DNA of 64,000 bases from Mayamaea pseudoterrestris (taxonomy: Eukaryota): the NCBI GenBank assembly GCA_027923505.1, contig BROI01000022.1, positions 310,001 to 374,000 on the forward strand, read 5' to 3'. Shown here one piece after another: positions 12,273-21,835 of the stretch. The translations under genes and the position numbers were made by a program. Below the pieces are notes generated by a model. That model saw only the letters and a program-made list of their open reading frames with translations. It ran no database searches and was not told the DNA's origin. How positions within the stretch are numbered: position 1 is the first letter of the stretch; each line of letters opens with the position of its first letter.

Positions 12273-12676
12273 AACGGCATAGTGATACTACTTTCTGTTG
12301 CATACCTGCTATGGTAGCGTCCCTATCGAGAGATCTGGACTGAGGCTGCTGGTTCGAGTTGCGATCGAATCAAGCGAAGAAAAAGCAAAAATTCACTGGT
12401 TGCACGGGTTTGTCACGAACGAACGATGGGGAGTCGCGGACCCTGGGGAGTGCACAAAGATGCGCCGAGCCCGAAACGCCGCAGGAAAAACTGAAAAGTG
12501 ACATTCCCCCGCGAGACGAAAATGCCAGCTGAAACGGAAGACGAGTTAGCACTATGACGCGCAAAGCTAGGGGAGTAGCAGGTTGCACACGAAAAACAGC
12601 AACCAGAGCGATACCTTTACTTGTCATAGTGCATGGTGCCTTGTATGCAGCATATAGTACACTAGCAGACGGAAAA

Positions 12677-12742
12677 GTAGCAGCGTGTTTAGAGGTGATA
12701 TAGCCGGTTATCCTTGGTTCGATTCCGAGGTGCGCTACTTTT
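12677..12742 (+). ncRNA. tRNA-like Pol III module in TRIM 3' LTR
   Basis: Same sequence as 12207-12272. Confidence 0.7.
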
Positions 12743-12880
12743 AACGGCATAGTGATACTACTTTCTGTTGCATACCTGCTAAAATACCATCATAATTTCC
12801 ATTTACACATCATCCTACGATAGGTACTTCACTTTGAATTCAAAATAGACAACTGTCTATCGGAAACGGAAACAAACAAC

Positions 12881-13981
12881 ATGTTGATTAGAGGAGTCGA
12901 CGTCAAGATCCCTTTGGTGCCTCGCGTCAAGTTTGAGTCGCTACCGAAACAAGATCTCACGTTTACCAAGCAAGATGGATCCAAGCACAAGCGTAAGATT
13001 CAGATTGCCAGTGACGAAGACGTCGTCTCAGTCCTTCGAGTAATCGAGGAGGTGGTTGGTGCAATGGAGCAGCTCGCCTTTGATGGACCGGCAGCCCATC
13101 GCATGAGGGTCCGCAAGGAATCCTTTCGCCTTTGTCTCCTTGGAGCGCCTCGTGATATCTGGGACCAGTCTGTACTAGCAGACGATACAATTGTGGCGTG
13201 GAATCAGTCCCTCAAGGCATTCCTCTCGGAGCTCATGGTGGTTGACGACGATTTGCGTCGACAGAAAGAGTACCTCAAGAACCTCAAGTTGCCTGACGGC
13301 TATACGGTTACCCAATCGATTAGTTTGTTGCGCAATATGTTCAAGTTGATGGCTTATATGCCGCAAGAAGACGAAGGAGTTTACCCGACGGACGTCCAGT
13401 ATACGGACGAGGATATCAAGGATCTCCTACTCGCGATGGTTCCTACTTGGCTGCAAAGCAAGTTTGAAGAACAATCTTTAACGAGCCGTCTTGCAGACCT
13501 CTCTTTGATTCAGTTTGCCCGTTGGTTGGATAACATGATCAACTTAAAGGCAAGCAACAGGACTCCAGTCGACACGAACGAAGGAGGCAGCCGTCGGAGC
13601 GGCAAACGCTCGCGTCGCAACGGTGGCAACGGCGGCGGCCAAAACAACGACCATGGAGGCAACGGGAACGCACGCAAGAAGCTTAAAGCAAACAACGATG
13701 CCAACGTGTGCAAATACCATGGCGGCCACACTTGGGAGCAGTGTTTCGGCAACCCCAAGGGCCCGCGCTACAAGCCGGGATTCAAAATCGACAAGTCGAA
13801 ATTGAAAAAGAAAAACAATGGAGGCGGCAACAATGGAGGCGGAGCCGCTCAAGAAGCTGACGAAGACCAGCACATGATAGTGGATGTTACAACAGAGGAA
13901 CCAGTACAAGCTACAGAGGCAAACGACAGCGAGTCTGAGGTTGATTGGGATCAAGCAATTGGAGCGGTCTTTGAAGAATGA
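12881..13981 (+). CDS. gag: Gypsy Gag-like protein
   Basis: 366-aa ORF after the 5' LTR; basic Gly/Asn-rich region and CKYHGGHTWEQC (CHHC-type) zinc knuckle. Confidence 0.88.
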   Translation: MLIRGVDVKIPLVPRVKFESLPKQDLTFTKQDGSKHKRKIQIASDEDVVSVLRVIEEVVGAMEQLAFDGPAAHRMRVRKESFRLCLLGAPRDIWDQSVLADDTIVAWNQSLKAFLSELMVVDDDLRRQKEYLKNLKLPDGYTVTQSISLLRNMFKLMAYMPQEDEGVYPTDVQYTDEDIKDLLLAMVPTWLQSKFEEQSLTSRLADLSLIQFARWLDNMINLKASNRTPVDTNEGGSRRSGKRSRRNGGNGGGQNNDHGGNGNARKKLKANNDANVCKYHGGHTWEQCFGNPKGPRYKPGFKIDKSKLKKKNNGGGNNGGGAAQEADEDQHMIVDVTTEEPVQATEANDSESEVDWDQAIGAVFEE

Positions 13982-16900
13982 GATACGGCGGCGGTCTCAG
14001 CGGCAGCCAGTGCGACGGAAGACGCTCTTGTAGCGGACGAAGTTAAACAAGCTACTAGCGACAAAGTTACGGATTACATTCCTGTTGTACTTATTGTCGT
14101 TGGTAAAGCTAATGGCAGTCGTTGCAAACGCACGCTTACCGCCCTTTGCGACTCAGGAGCATCGACAAGTTGGATTAGCCAAAGAGCGGCACATGGATTG
14201 CCTCAGTGCAAAGCGCCACGTTTAATATCACAAACTGCAGTTGGCAAACTGGAAAGCTCTACCAAGATTGATTTTGCCGAGTCGTTCCTTCCCGAGTTTA
14301 GCACTTCAAAAAGGATCGGCAACTTCCCCGTTCGAGTCTTCCAACAGGATATCAGATACGACATGCTGCTGGGGCGAGACGTCTTAACGGCGCTCGGATT
14401 GACCATTGACTTTGGAGACAAACAAATCAATTGGGGTAATCAATCGACTCCAATGGTGACGATGGAGGATTTGAGCAATCGGCCAAAACAAATCAGAGAC
14501 TCTTTGATTGAGCGGTTTGTTCTATTCTCTGATACTGAACCAGACCTGCATACAAGCGAGGAGATTTTATCAGCTAAGTATAACAAAGTGTCGACAGACG
14601 AGGTTGCCGATCAATCAACTCATTTAAATGAGGAGCAACGTACCGATTTAAAACGTCTCTTACGACGCTTTCCCGCTCTCTTTTCAGGCAAGCTTGGCAA
14701 ATACCCACACGAGCTAGTCCACATTGACATTGATCCACAAGCTAAACCAGTTCATAAAAGACATTATCCAGTGCCTCGAGTGCATGAGCAAACCTTCAAG
14801 GAAGAGCTCGATCGACTCGTCGAACTCGGTGTACTTGAGCCTTGCGGCCGCAGCGAATGGGCGGCGCCCACCTTTATTATACCAAAGAAGGACAAGACTG
14901 TACGCTTTGTTTCTGACTTTCGGGCGTTGAATAAAGTGATTAAAAGGCGCACGTTCCCGATGCCGCGTATCCATGAGCTACTGGCGAGGCGCAGCGGGTA
15001 CAAGTTCTTCACAAAGCTTGATATTTCAATGCAGTATTATACCTTCCAGTTGGACAAGGAAAGCAGCGAGCTCTGTACAATTGCAACGCCGTTCGGTTTA
15101 TTCCGTTACTTGCGCTTGCCAATGGGCGTCAATCAAGCCCCCGATATTGCTCAAGAGGTGATGGAGAAGGTTTTACAAGGATTGCGCGACGTTGAAAAGT
15201 ACCTTGATGACGTCGGTTGCTTTAGCGACACTTGGAAGGAGCACTTGACTCTCTTAGAGGCAGTTTTAAAGCGTCTCGAGGATAGCGGCTTTACAATCAA
15301 TCCAAGCAAGTGCGAATGGGGCGTCAAGGAAACCGACTGGCTTGGGTACTGGCTCACGCCGACAGGACTCAAACCCTGGCCCAAGAAAGTCCAAGCAATT
15401 GTGGATATGAAGCCTCCTACCAATCTCAAGCAGTTGCGCTCATTCCTTGGTCTTGTAACTTACTATCGAACCATGTGGCCTCGTCGGTCGCACATGCTTG
15501 CTCCTTTGACGAATCTCGTCGGCAAAAAGTCTTTTCAATGGGGTGCGCCTCAACAAAAAGCATTCGAGGAAATGAAAGCAGTTGCAGCAAGCGATGTTCT
15601 TCTTCGTTATCCTGATCATAACAAGCCATTCGTCATCAAGACAGATGCCTCTGATTATCAACTCGGCGCCGTCATCCTTCAAGATGGCGTGCCGGTCGCC
15701 TATTTCTCGCGCAAACTCAACAGCGCCCAAGTCAATTACACAACCATTGAAAAGGAATTGCTAAGTATTGTTGAAACGCTCAAAACGTTTCGTTCGATGC
15801 TGCTTGGTGCGCGTTTGCAAATCCATACGGACCATAAAAATCTCACCCACGAGTTGACCGCCTTCCAAACGCAGCGCGTCCTTCGTTGGCGTCTGTACTT
15901 GGAGGAGTTCGGACCCGAGTTCCTTTATCTCAAAGGGGAGCTTAACACTGTTGCAGATGCTCTTTCAAGGGTTCCAACGGCAAGGGAAACCTCTCTAGTG
16001 GGGGAGAGCCCTGTTGATGTTTTAAAGCAACAACAGGATGCCCGACAAAAGGAAGCGCAAGAGGCAGCAGTGCCCATGCGACATACCCATCACGATGACA
16101 ACTTACACGGTGTCAACGATGGCCATCACGATGGCGGCGTTCTTGCACATTCAATTGAATCAACAACAAACGACCATGGGGAAAGGCAAATTGAAGAGCT
16201 ATCAATTGCTAATGAAGGTTACTGTCTCCTACGGGACGAACCAGAGCTTGCAGAGTGCCTGCTCCTCCATCCGGAGTTCGACGAACAAGGGCGATATCCC
16301 CTGTCGTATTCAACCATTGCCGAGTATCAACAAGAAGATGCAACGCTAATGGCCGCAGTCCAAAACCAAGACGCGACAACCATACAATACAAACAACTTG
16401 GAGACGTTCAGATTGTTGTATTCCAAGCAGACGAACGCTGGCGAATCTGCATCCCCAGTGCGATCCTCGATCGCTTGATTCTTTGGTACCACCTCTCAAT
16501 GGCCCACGCTGGAATGACTCGATTAACAACGAGCATCAAGCAACACTTTTACCATCCTAAGCTCAAGCAGCGCGTCGAGCATCTCGTTGGTGCCTGCGAT
16601 ACTTGCCAACGCAACAAAGGAGGCAGCCGTCAATATGGAGAGCTGCCAGCGAGAGACGTGCGCGTCGCTCCTTGGTATGAAGTCCACGTTGACCTCATCG
16701 GCCCATGGAAAGTATCAGTGAACGGCATTGACTGTTATTTCAGAGCGTTAACGATGATTGACCCAGTTACTAACCTTGTCGAAATTGTTCGCTATCAGGA
16801 CAAGTCGGCGTATCATATCGGCCGTCTCTTTGAAGACACCTGGCTCTCTCGTTACCCTCGACCAATGCGACTCATTGCAGACCAAGGCAGTGAGTTTAAA

Positions 16901-17464
16901 GGCGCATTTGGAACCATCCTTGAACACAATGGGATTGAATGGCATGCCGCTTCGGCCAAGACGCCCACTGCTAACAGCATTTGCGAGCGCTGTCACCTCG
17001 TTATTGGCAACGTGCTTCGTACACTTGTACACGCTCATCCGCCCGAGGATTTGATGGAAGCTGACGATATAATCGATCAATGCCTCGCGACAGCAATGCA
17101 TGCAACACGAGTTGTATCAAGTGGAGCTCTTGATAACCTCTCTCCCGGCGCCGTCGTCTTTCAACGCGACATGTTTCTGGATATACCTTTGGTTGCCGAC
17201 ATTCTAGCTATCTCTGTTAAACGAGAAGCGATTGTCAATGAACGTTTGCTCCAAGCGAACCGTTCGAGACTGACTCATGACTTTAAAGTTGACGAGCAGA
17301 TCCTCAAAAAGGTATACGACCCTAACAAGCTCGAAGAACAATGGATCGGTCCTTATTCAATTGAACAAGTCCACGTTAATGGAACGGTTACCATTCGCCT
17401 CTCGCCTATGGTGACTGACCGAGTTAATATTCGACGTATCAAGCCGTACCGGCAAGACGTTTAA
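13982..17464 (+). CDS. pol: Gypsy Pol (aspartic protease, RT, RNase H, integrase), in frame with gag after a TGA
   Basis: ALCDSGAS protease motif (upstream of the tracked ORF start), RT YLDD, RNase H TDASDYQLGAV and EKELL, integrase HHCC plus VHVDLIGP and ADQGSEF, C-terminal GPY module. Confidence 0.95.
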   Translation, partial: DTAAVSAAASATEDALVADEVKQATSDKVTDYIPVVLIVVGKANGSRCKRTLTALCDSGASTSWISQRAAHGLPQCKAPRLISQTAVGKLESSTKIDFAESFLPEFSTSKRIGNFPVRVFQQDIRYDMLLGRDVLTALGLTIDFGDKQINWGNQSTPMVTMEDLSNRPKQIRDSLIERFVLFSDTEPDLHTSEEILSAKYNKVSTDEVADQSTHLNEEQRTDLKRLLRRFPALFSGKLGKYPHELVHIDIDPQAKPVHKRHYPVPRVHEQTFKEELDRLVELGVLEPCGRSEWAAPTFIIPKKDKTVRFVSDFRALNKVIKRRTFPMPRIHELLARRSGYKFFTKLDISMQYYTFQLDKESSELCTIATPFGLFRYLRLPMGVNQAPDIAQEVMEKVLQGLRDVEKYLDDVGCFSDTWKEHLTLLEAVLKRLEDSGFTINPSKCEWGVKETDWLGYWLTPTGLKPWPKKVQAIVDMKPPTNLKQLRSFLGLVTYYRTMWPRRSHMLAPLTNLVGKKSFQWGAPQQKAFEEMKAVAASDVLLRYPDHNKPFVIKTDASDYQLGAVILQDGVPVAYFSRKLNSAQVNYTTIEKELLSIVETLKTFRSMLLGARLQIHTDHKNLTHELTAFQTQRVLRWRLYLEEFGPEFLYLKGELNTVADALSRVPTARETSLVGESPVDVLKQQQDARQKEAQEAAVPMRHTHHDDNLHGVNDGHHDGGVLAHSIESTTNDHGERQIEELSIANEGYCLLRDEPELAECLLLHPEFDEQGRYPLSYSTIAEYQQEDATLMAAVQNQDATTIQYKQLGDVQIVVFQADERWRICIPSAILDRLILWYHLSMAHAGMTRLTTSIKQHFYHPKLKQRVEHLVGACDTCQRNKGGSRQYGELPARDVRVAPWYEVHVDLIGPWKVSVNGIDCYFRALTMIDPVTNLVEIVRYQDKSAYHIGRLFEDTWLSRYPRPMRLIADQGSEFKGAFGTILEHNGIEWHAASAKTPTANSICERCHLVIGNVLRTLVHAHPPEDLMEADDIIDQCLATAMHATRVVSSGALDNLSPGAVVFQRDMFLDIPLVADILAISVKREAIVNERLLQANRSRLTHDFKVDEQILKKVYDPNKLEEQWIGPYSIEQVHVNGTVTIRLSPMVTDRVNIRRIKPYRQDV

Positions 17465-17609
17465 GGTTTGCGCAGCTCCCTTGTTCGATTCATCAAGATC
17501 GAGCTAAATTATGGCACCCTGTACGACAGGAAGGCCGCTGCCACTTTACAAACAAGAAGGACGACATTTTTCCCCAGCTACCCTCATGGTCGCTCTTAGT
17601 GTGGGAGAG

Positions 17610-17836
17610 TGTGCTATCTGACACGATTCACATGCACCGGCCCGTCCTCAACGGCGAGCCAGACAGTCAACGGACACGCCCGTCGGGTATTAGCGAAGAT
17701 GGGCGATCCTGTTGCGACATCTGCGATCCTCGCCAGTAAAAAGAGCGATGGCTCGCCATGGAGGCAATCTTCAATTGCAGTCCTTAAAATACCATCATAA
17801 TTTCCATTTACACATCATCCTACGATAGGTACTTCA
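17610..17836 (+). repeat. Gypsy 3' LTR (uninterrupted)
   Basis: TGTGCT...CTTCA, preceded by the PPT and followed by TSD GGGCA. Confidence 0.95.
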
Positions 17837-18043
17837 GGGCAAACGCCATTGGAGTTCATTGAAGTTGAAGTAGCGAACATGAGGCATTCGAAATTCAGAT
17901 CTCTGCGTGACCATGGCTTATCTTGTAATACAGCTGTCATGTTCTTCGTCGTCATTTTGAGGTTCGGTTTCGATGACGATCAACCACGCATCTGTTTTCC
18001 TCGTTCTTCGGCTCGATCGACGACTCCACCATGCGTCCACACC

Positions 18044-19519
18044 ATGACACGAAAACATTTACACCAACGAGCCAGCGTAATAGTTTCTAGCATGAACTTA
18101 CCCAATCATACCGAGGATGACGCAAAGGGTTTGCACCCGGGAGCCATTTTTGTCGGTGACTCTGTCGGACCAGCCTCGGCCATTTGCGGCAAGCTCAACA
18201 CTGACCAAGCGCCATCAAGAACTCGAGTCCAGCAAGACGCCACCATTCTTTTTGCCACGACGACGGACAAGAAGCGCGCCATGGCAAATGCAAAATTTCT
18301 GAGTGAGTGCTGCATGGGTGGCATTCCAACATCGGCTGCAACATCCGCTGCTTCCGAGGCACAGGAGCGATTCGACAAGTGGTGGGTGCAGCAGTGCGCA
18401 CCGGCCAGTGAACACGGAGCAGACAATATTCGACCAATTAAGAGGAAGAGAGAGTCTGAAAGGGAGGAGGAGCCATCTGGTGATTTCAAACAGGTCTTTG
18501 GCTTGACCGAAGCAGCTGAAGGAGTCTCTCCACCGCGAATCGTGCAACCCGATTGCGTGCGGACTGCAAAGAAAGCCATCAAGTTGGAACTTCGTAGGAC
18601 TGGGGGTGATACTACGACACCAGCTTTTCATCAATGCGTTGAAACACTTCATCAATGGTATGTTACGGCGGAAACAAAAGCTGCTGGGCTGAGTCTCATG
18701 TCTTTGGACGGGTCTTGGAAATCGTTGAATCGCCCATCGTTCACGGAATGCTTGGGACAGAATGACTCGGGCGACTTTATGTACACCCTTGGACGCATCG
18801 CATTTGACGCCTTTCGACCAACAAATCTCATATGTAGCATGAAAGGAAACTACAATCTGATCAAGCCAGTAAACGAGTACAATATGGAAAATAGTCGGCG
18901 ACCACGTTCCATTCCGCATCGCTTGTCAACACAGAGCAACGCGGAAGATATTCGAGTATACGAGTGAGTCGCATGGTCTGAGGTGTATCTTATACTACTT
19001 TGAAACCGTACCAAATTCACTTGCTCACCTTTCCTGCCTGCTTTTTTCAGTACCATTTCTCTCATTCAGATTGAAGCCGGTCAGACGAGAAGTGGCAGCA
19101 CTCCGGCTCCCAATAGTGCGTCAACAGAAGGCGACTACACCATTCAACAACCAATACAGGCTCGCATGACAAATCATGGCTTTTTACTTCCCGATCCAGA
19201 GGTTAAGAACCGTTGCACGATCCACTTTACGGGTGGCTCTTTGCGGCCCCGCGACAAGAATGACCTTGCCGTGTGGCGAGAGGTGTTTGACCCACAATTG
19301 GCACCGCCGTACAAGATCAGAGAACTGGCACACATGTTGGCTTCGAATATATATCTTGGAGCAGCTACCCAGGCCATGCAAGCGGATGGTTCGCTTCGGT
19401 ATAGCTTTAAACGACCCATTGGAGGTCGTGGGCAGGCATTTATCGACGTCTTGTACAACGACGACGATTTCCTGCTGATTCGGGGACATCATGGATCCCA
19501 CTTTTGTTTCTGTCGCTAG
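18044..19519 (+). CDS. Hypothetical protein, 2 exons (intron about 18964-19069); C-terminal beta-rich region reminiscent of PAP/fibrillin folds
   Basis: Two ORFs (17849-18967, 19166-19519) separated by a GTGAGT...TTCAG intron candidate; C-terminal FIDVLYNDDDFLLIRG motif. Start codon uncertain. Confidence 0.65.
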
Positions 19520-19997
19520 AATGGTCCAATTTATAAGTAACGACGAAAGGTGCATATTGCTTTACATGACTGTACTTTGTAAAATGATGCAATGGAGCAT
19601 TGTTTGCTACGTCTTGGCGCGACGTTCTGCAGTAAGTTCTGAATGAGCTACAGCCTCGTCCATCAAACTGTACACATTCTACCGTCCGATTGGAGGTGAA
19701 TCAGCTCAATACACCTATAGGCTGCATGTTTTTTGCAAAAGGCTCGTGGCTGTAGTATCTTGTTATAGTATGGCTATCATGTGGTTTTGTCGCCGGGATT
19801 GAGATGGAGGCCTTCTCAGGAATACAAGCTCTTGCAAAGTCTCAAGCATTGATTGCTACCCTATCATCAGCTTCAAAAAACTACCGGTAGTAGCAGCTGA
19901 TTATCCTTCTTTCTGCAGATGACGAAGGAGCTGCAATCCCATGTCGCCCAATCCTGGTTGCATCGACAAGGCATCTGCAGAATGCTTAAATCGTACC

Positions 19998-21353
19998 CTA
20001 CAAATCTTCGAAAAACTTCTCATTGTCAGTCTTTAGGCGACTTGGCCTGGCATTTTGGCCGCCACCATCTTCAGAGTCCGAGTCACTATCTGAATCCGAG
20101 GAATCTTTCATTTCCTCATCGGCAGCTGCAGATGCTTCGTCCATTTCGGACCATTCATCGTCACTCCCTTGACGCGCCGTTCCGGAAGTCGCTTGTAAAA
20201 TTGGCACAGTCTCCATTTGCTCGTCATTATCACGTACATTAGTGACGCCGTCTTCATTATTCTCGTCCTCCGCGCAGTCGTCTCGAAGTATGCGGGCATC
20301 GTAGCATCGGACCACGTTGTCATGCGTGACGCTTCCAACATAGTTGCCGCACGCAGACAAGCACAACTTTTCAATCGGAAAGGGACATTCGCCCAAAACA
20401 CCCAAAAATTTGTTTGGATGGATCGATACAACTCGGATCAAGCCGTCCGACGACCCAGTCAATAGAGTACTTTCGTCCACCTTCAGCAGAGCGTCAATGC
20501 TTTGCGGGTGACCTGGTAATCGATCGCTCACATCGCCCCAAACACCGTAGCTCCACATACACAAGACCCCTTCACCCGTTCCGCAAACGACTTTGCGCCC
20601 ATTTTTCATAATCTTGATTGATAGTAGCTCATCCTCTTGATCGTCGGATCGTCGCAAAAATCGATCGGCGTCAGAAAGTACACTTTCGGAACGAACATCG
20701 TATACTGACAGTGTGCAGTCTGCCGAACAAGCCAAAAGTGTGTTTCCATCGCTAGAACACTCCAAGCCGGAAACGTAGTCGTCGTGCTTCTTCCAAGAAT
20801 GAACGCATCCCGGAATAGTTGCATAAGACTTGGCACTGGTAGATGTGTTGCAGCACATCCTCACATCCCATATCCGCACACCGCCAGCTTCGTCCCCCGT
20901 GACAATGAGGTTTGGGTTAGGCATTTCTGTAATAATTTGAAGAGGTGAAGCTTGGTAGGACGCTTTTGGAATAGACCATTGCGTGGCAGTTTTGGCACTT
21001 TGGCTCGTTGTAAATGTCGAAAGACGATCCGCATTCAGACAGACCAAATCGCCTGCAGTGCCACCAGAGTAGATGTACTCGCCAGACGACGAAAATTGTA
21101 CACAGCGCGCAGCCGCTTGTTTACTACCTGATTCCGTAGTCTTCGAGGCAAGCAGTTGCGTATGAACATGTGTTGAGGAGATGAGACTGTCGGGCTCGTC
21201 GTCGTCGTTGTCGATGAGCTCTGCAAAATCATGAACCTCCAAAGTTCCATCGACCAGAGCTGCAACTAGCAGCGATCGGGAGGGATGAAATTCCAAATCC
21301 AAAGGCTGATCGGAGCATTCGATGGAAAGAGCCGCGGAGGATGAGGTCGCCAT
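19998..21353 (-). CDS. WDR55: WD40-repeat protein, WDR55/JIP5-like (ribosome biogenesis)
   Basis: WD repeats with family-typical segments HDDYVS, SDDQEDELLS, GVWGDVSDRLPGHP, TGSSDGLIR and terminal FFEDL after an acidic tail. Confidence 0.88.
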   Translation of the reverse strand: MATSSSAALSIECSDQPLDLEFHPSRSLLVAALVDGTLEVHDFAELIDNDDDEPDSLISSTHVHTQLLASKTTESGSKQAAARCVQFSSSGEYIYSGGTAGDLVCLNADRLSTFTTSQSAKTATQWSIPKASYQASPLQIITEMPNPNLIVTGDEAGGVRIWDVRMCCNTSTSAKSYATIPGCVHSWKKHDDYVSGLECSSDGNTLLACSADCTLSVYDVRSESVLSDADRFLRRSDDQEDELLSIKIMKNGRKVVCGTGEGVLCMWSYGVWGDVSDRLPGHPQSIDALLKVDESTLLTGSSDGLIRVVSIHPNKFLGVLGECPFPIEKLCLSACGNYVGSVTHDNVVRCYDARILRDDCAEDENNEDGVTNVRDNDEQMETVPILQATSGTARQGSDDEWSEMDEASAAADEEMKDSSDSDSDSDSEDGGGQNARPSRLKTDNEKFFEDL

Positions 21354-21835
21354 GGTGAGCAAGGATGGGTGTGACGAGATTGAAAGAATGGATGGATGGA
21401 GGTCGACGAAAATGTCGCACCACGAGACTTTACGTCCGACCGTCACTCACTTGGATTGTTAGCTTTTCTCACGATATCTCGGACAATCATCTCGCTGATA
21501 TGCAGCAACATAGAATAGCTTTGCAAAGAAAAAGAGAAAATGATGCTTATACGAGCTATCACATTCTATAAGTTACTCCAGACCATGTGCGACACAATTG
21601 GGTGCCGGATGTTTCAGTTTGCAGTGGCCAATGCTTCACTTAACGATCGACCGACTTGGCGGTTAACAGTGATTTTAGCAATTTGCAGAACATGCAGGAC
21701 CTATGGTTGTTCTGGCATTATGGTTGCTCTGGCAATGAAGTGTTTGTTGACGAATGAGCGGGGGGCATCAGCAGCAGTGCATAATGTTGTCGTGCTGAAA
21801 ATGCTATCAAAGAATGGAACTATTGGGAGTTAATG

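Larger units (their letters stand above)
12106..12781 (+). mobile_element. Non-autonomous mini LTR retrotransposon (TRIM) with tRNA-like LTRs (Helenus/TRIMp3-like)
   Basis: Two 206-bp direct repeats (12106-12311, 12576-12781) with inverted termini TAGCAGGT...ACCTGCTA; PBS TGGTAGCG directly after LTR1; purine tract AAAGCTAGGGGAG before LTR2; TSD AAAT (or AAAAT); no credible coding ORF. Confidence 0.9.
11925..12831 (+). repeat. Gypsy 5' LTR (227 bp plus nested 676-bp TRIM and its TSD)
   Basis: Matches 17610-17836 once 12106-12785 is removed. Confidence 0.93.
11925..17836 (+). mobile_element. Full-length Ty3/Gypsy LTR retrotransposon
   Basis: TG...CA LTRs (227 bp; 5' copy 11925-12831 interrupted, 3' copy 17610-17836), 5-bp TSD GGGCA (11920-11924 and 17837-17841), PPT GTGGGAGAG (17601-17609), domain order gag-PR-RT-RH-INT. 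Confidence 0.96.

Noticed and set aside
12312..12575. Hammerhead ribozyme (retrozyme)
   Set aside because: No CTGANGA core found by eye on the + strand of the interior or LTR; an Infernal search would be needed to exclude other ribozymes.
12106..12781. DNA transposon (Academ/Sola-like, TAG...CTA ends, 4-bp TSD)
   Set aside because: The inverted ends belong to each of two direct repeats, and a PBS and PPT abut them, which is LTR-element architecture.
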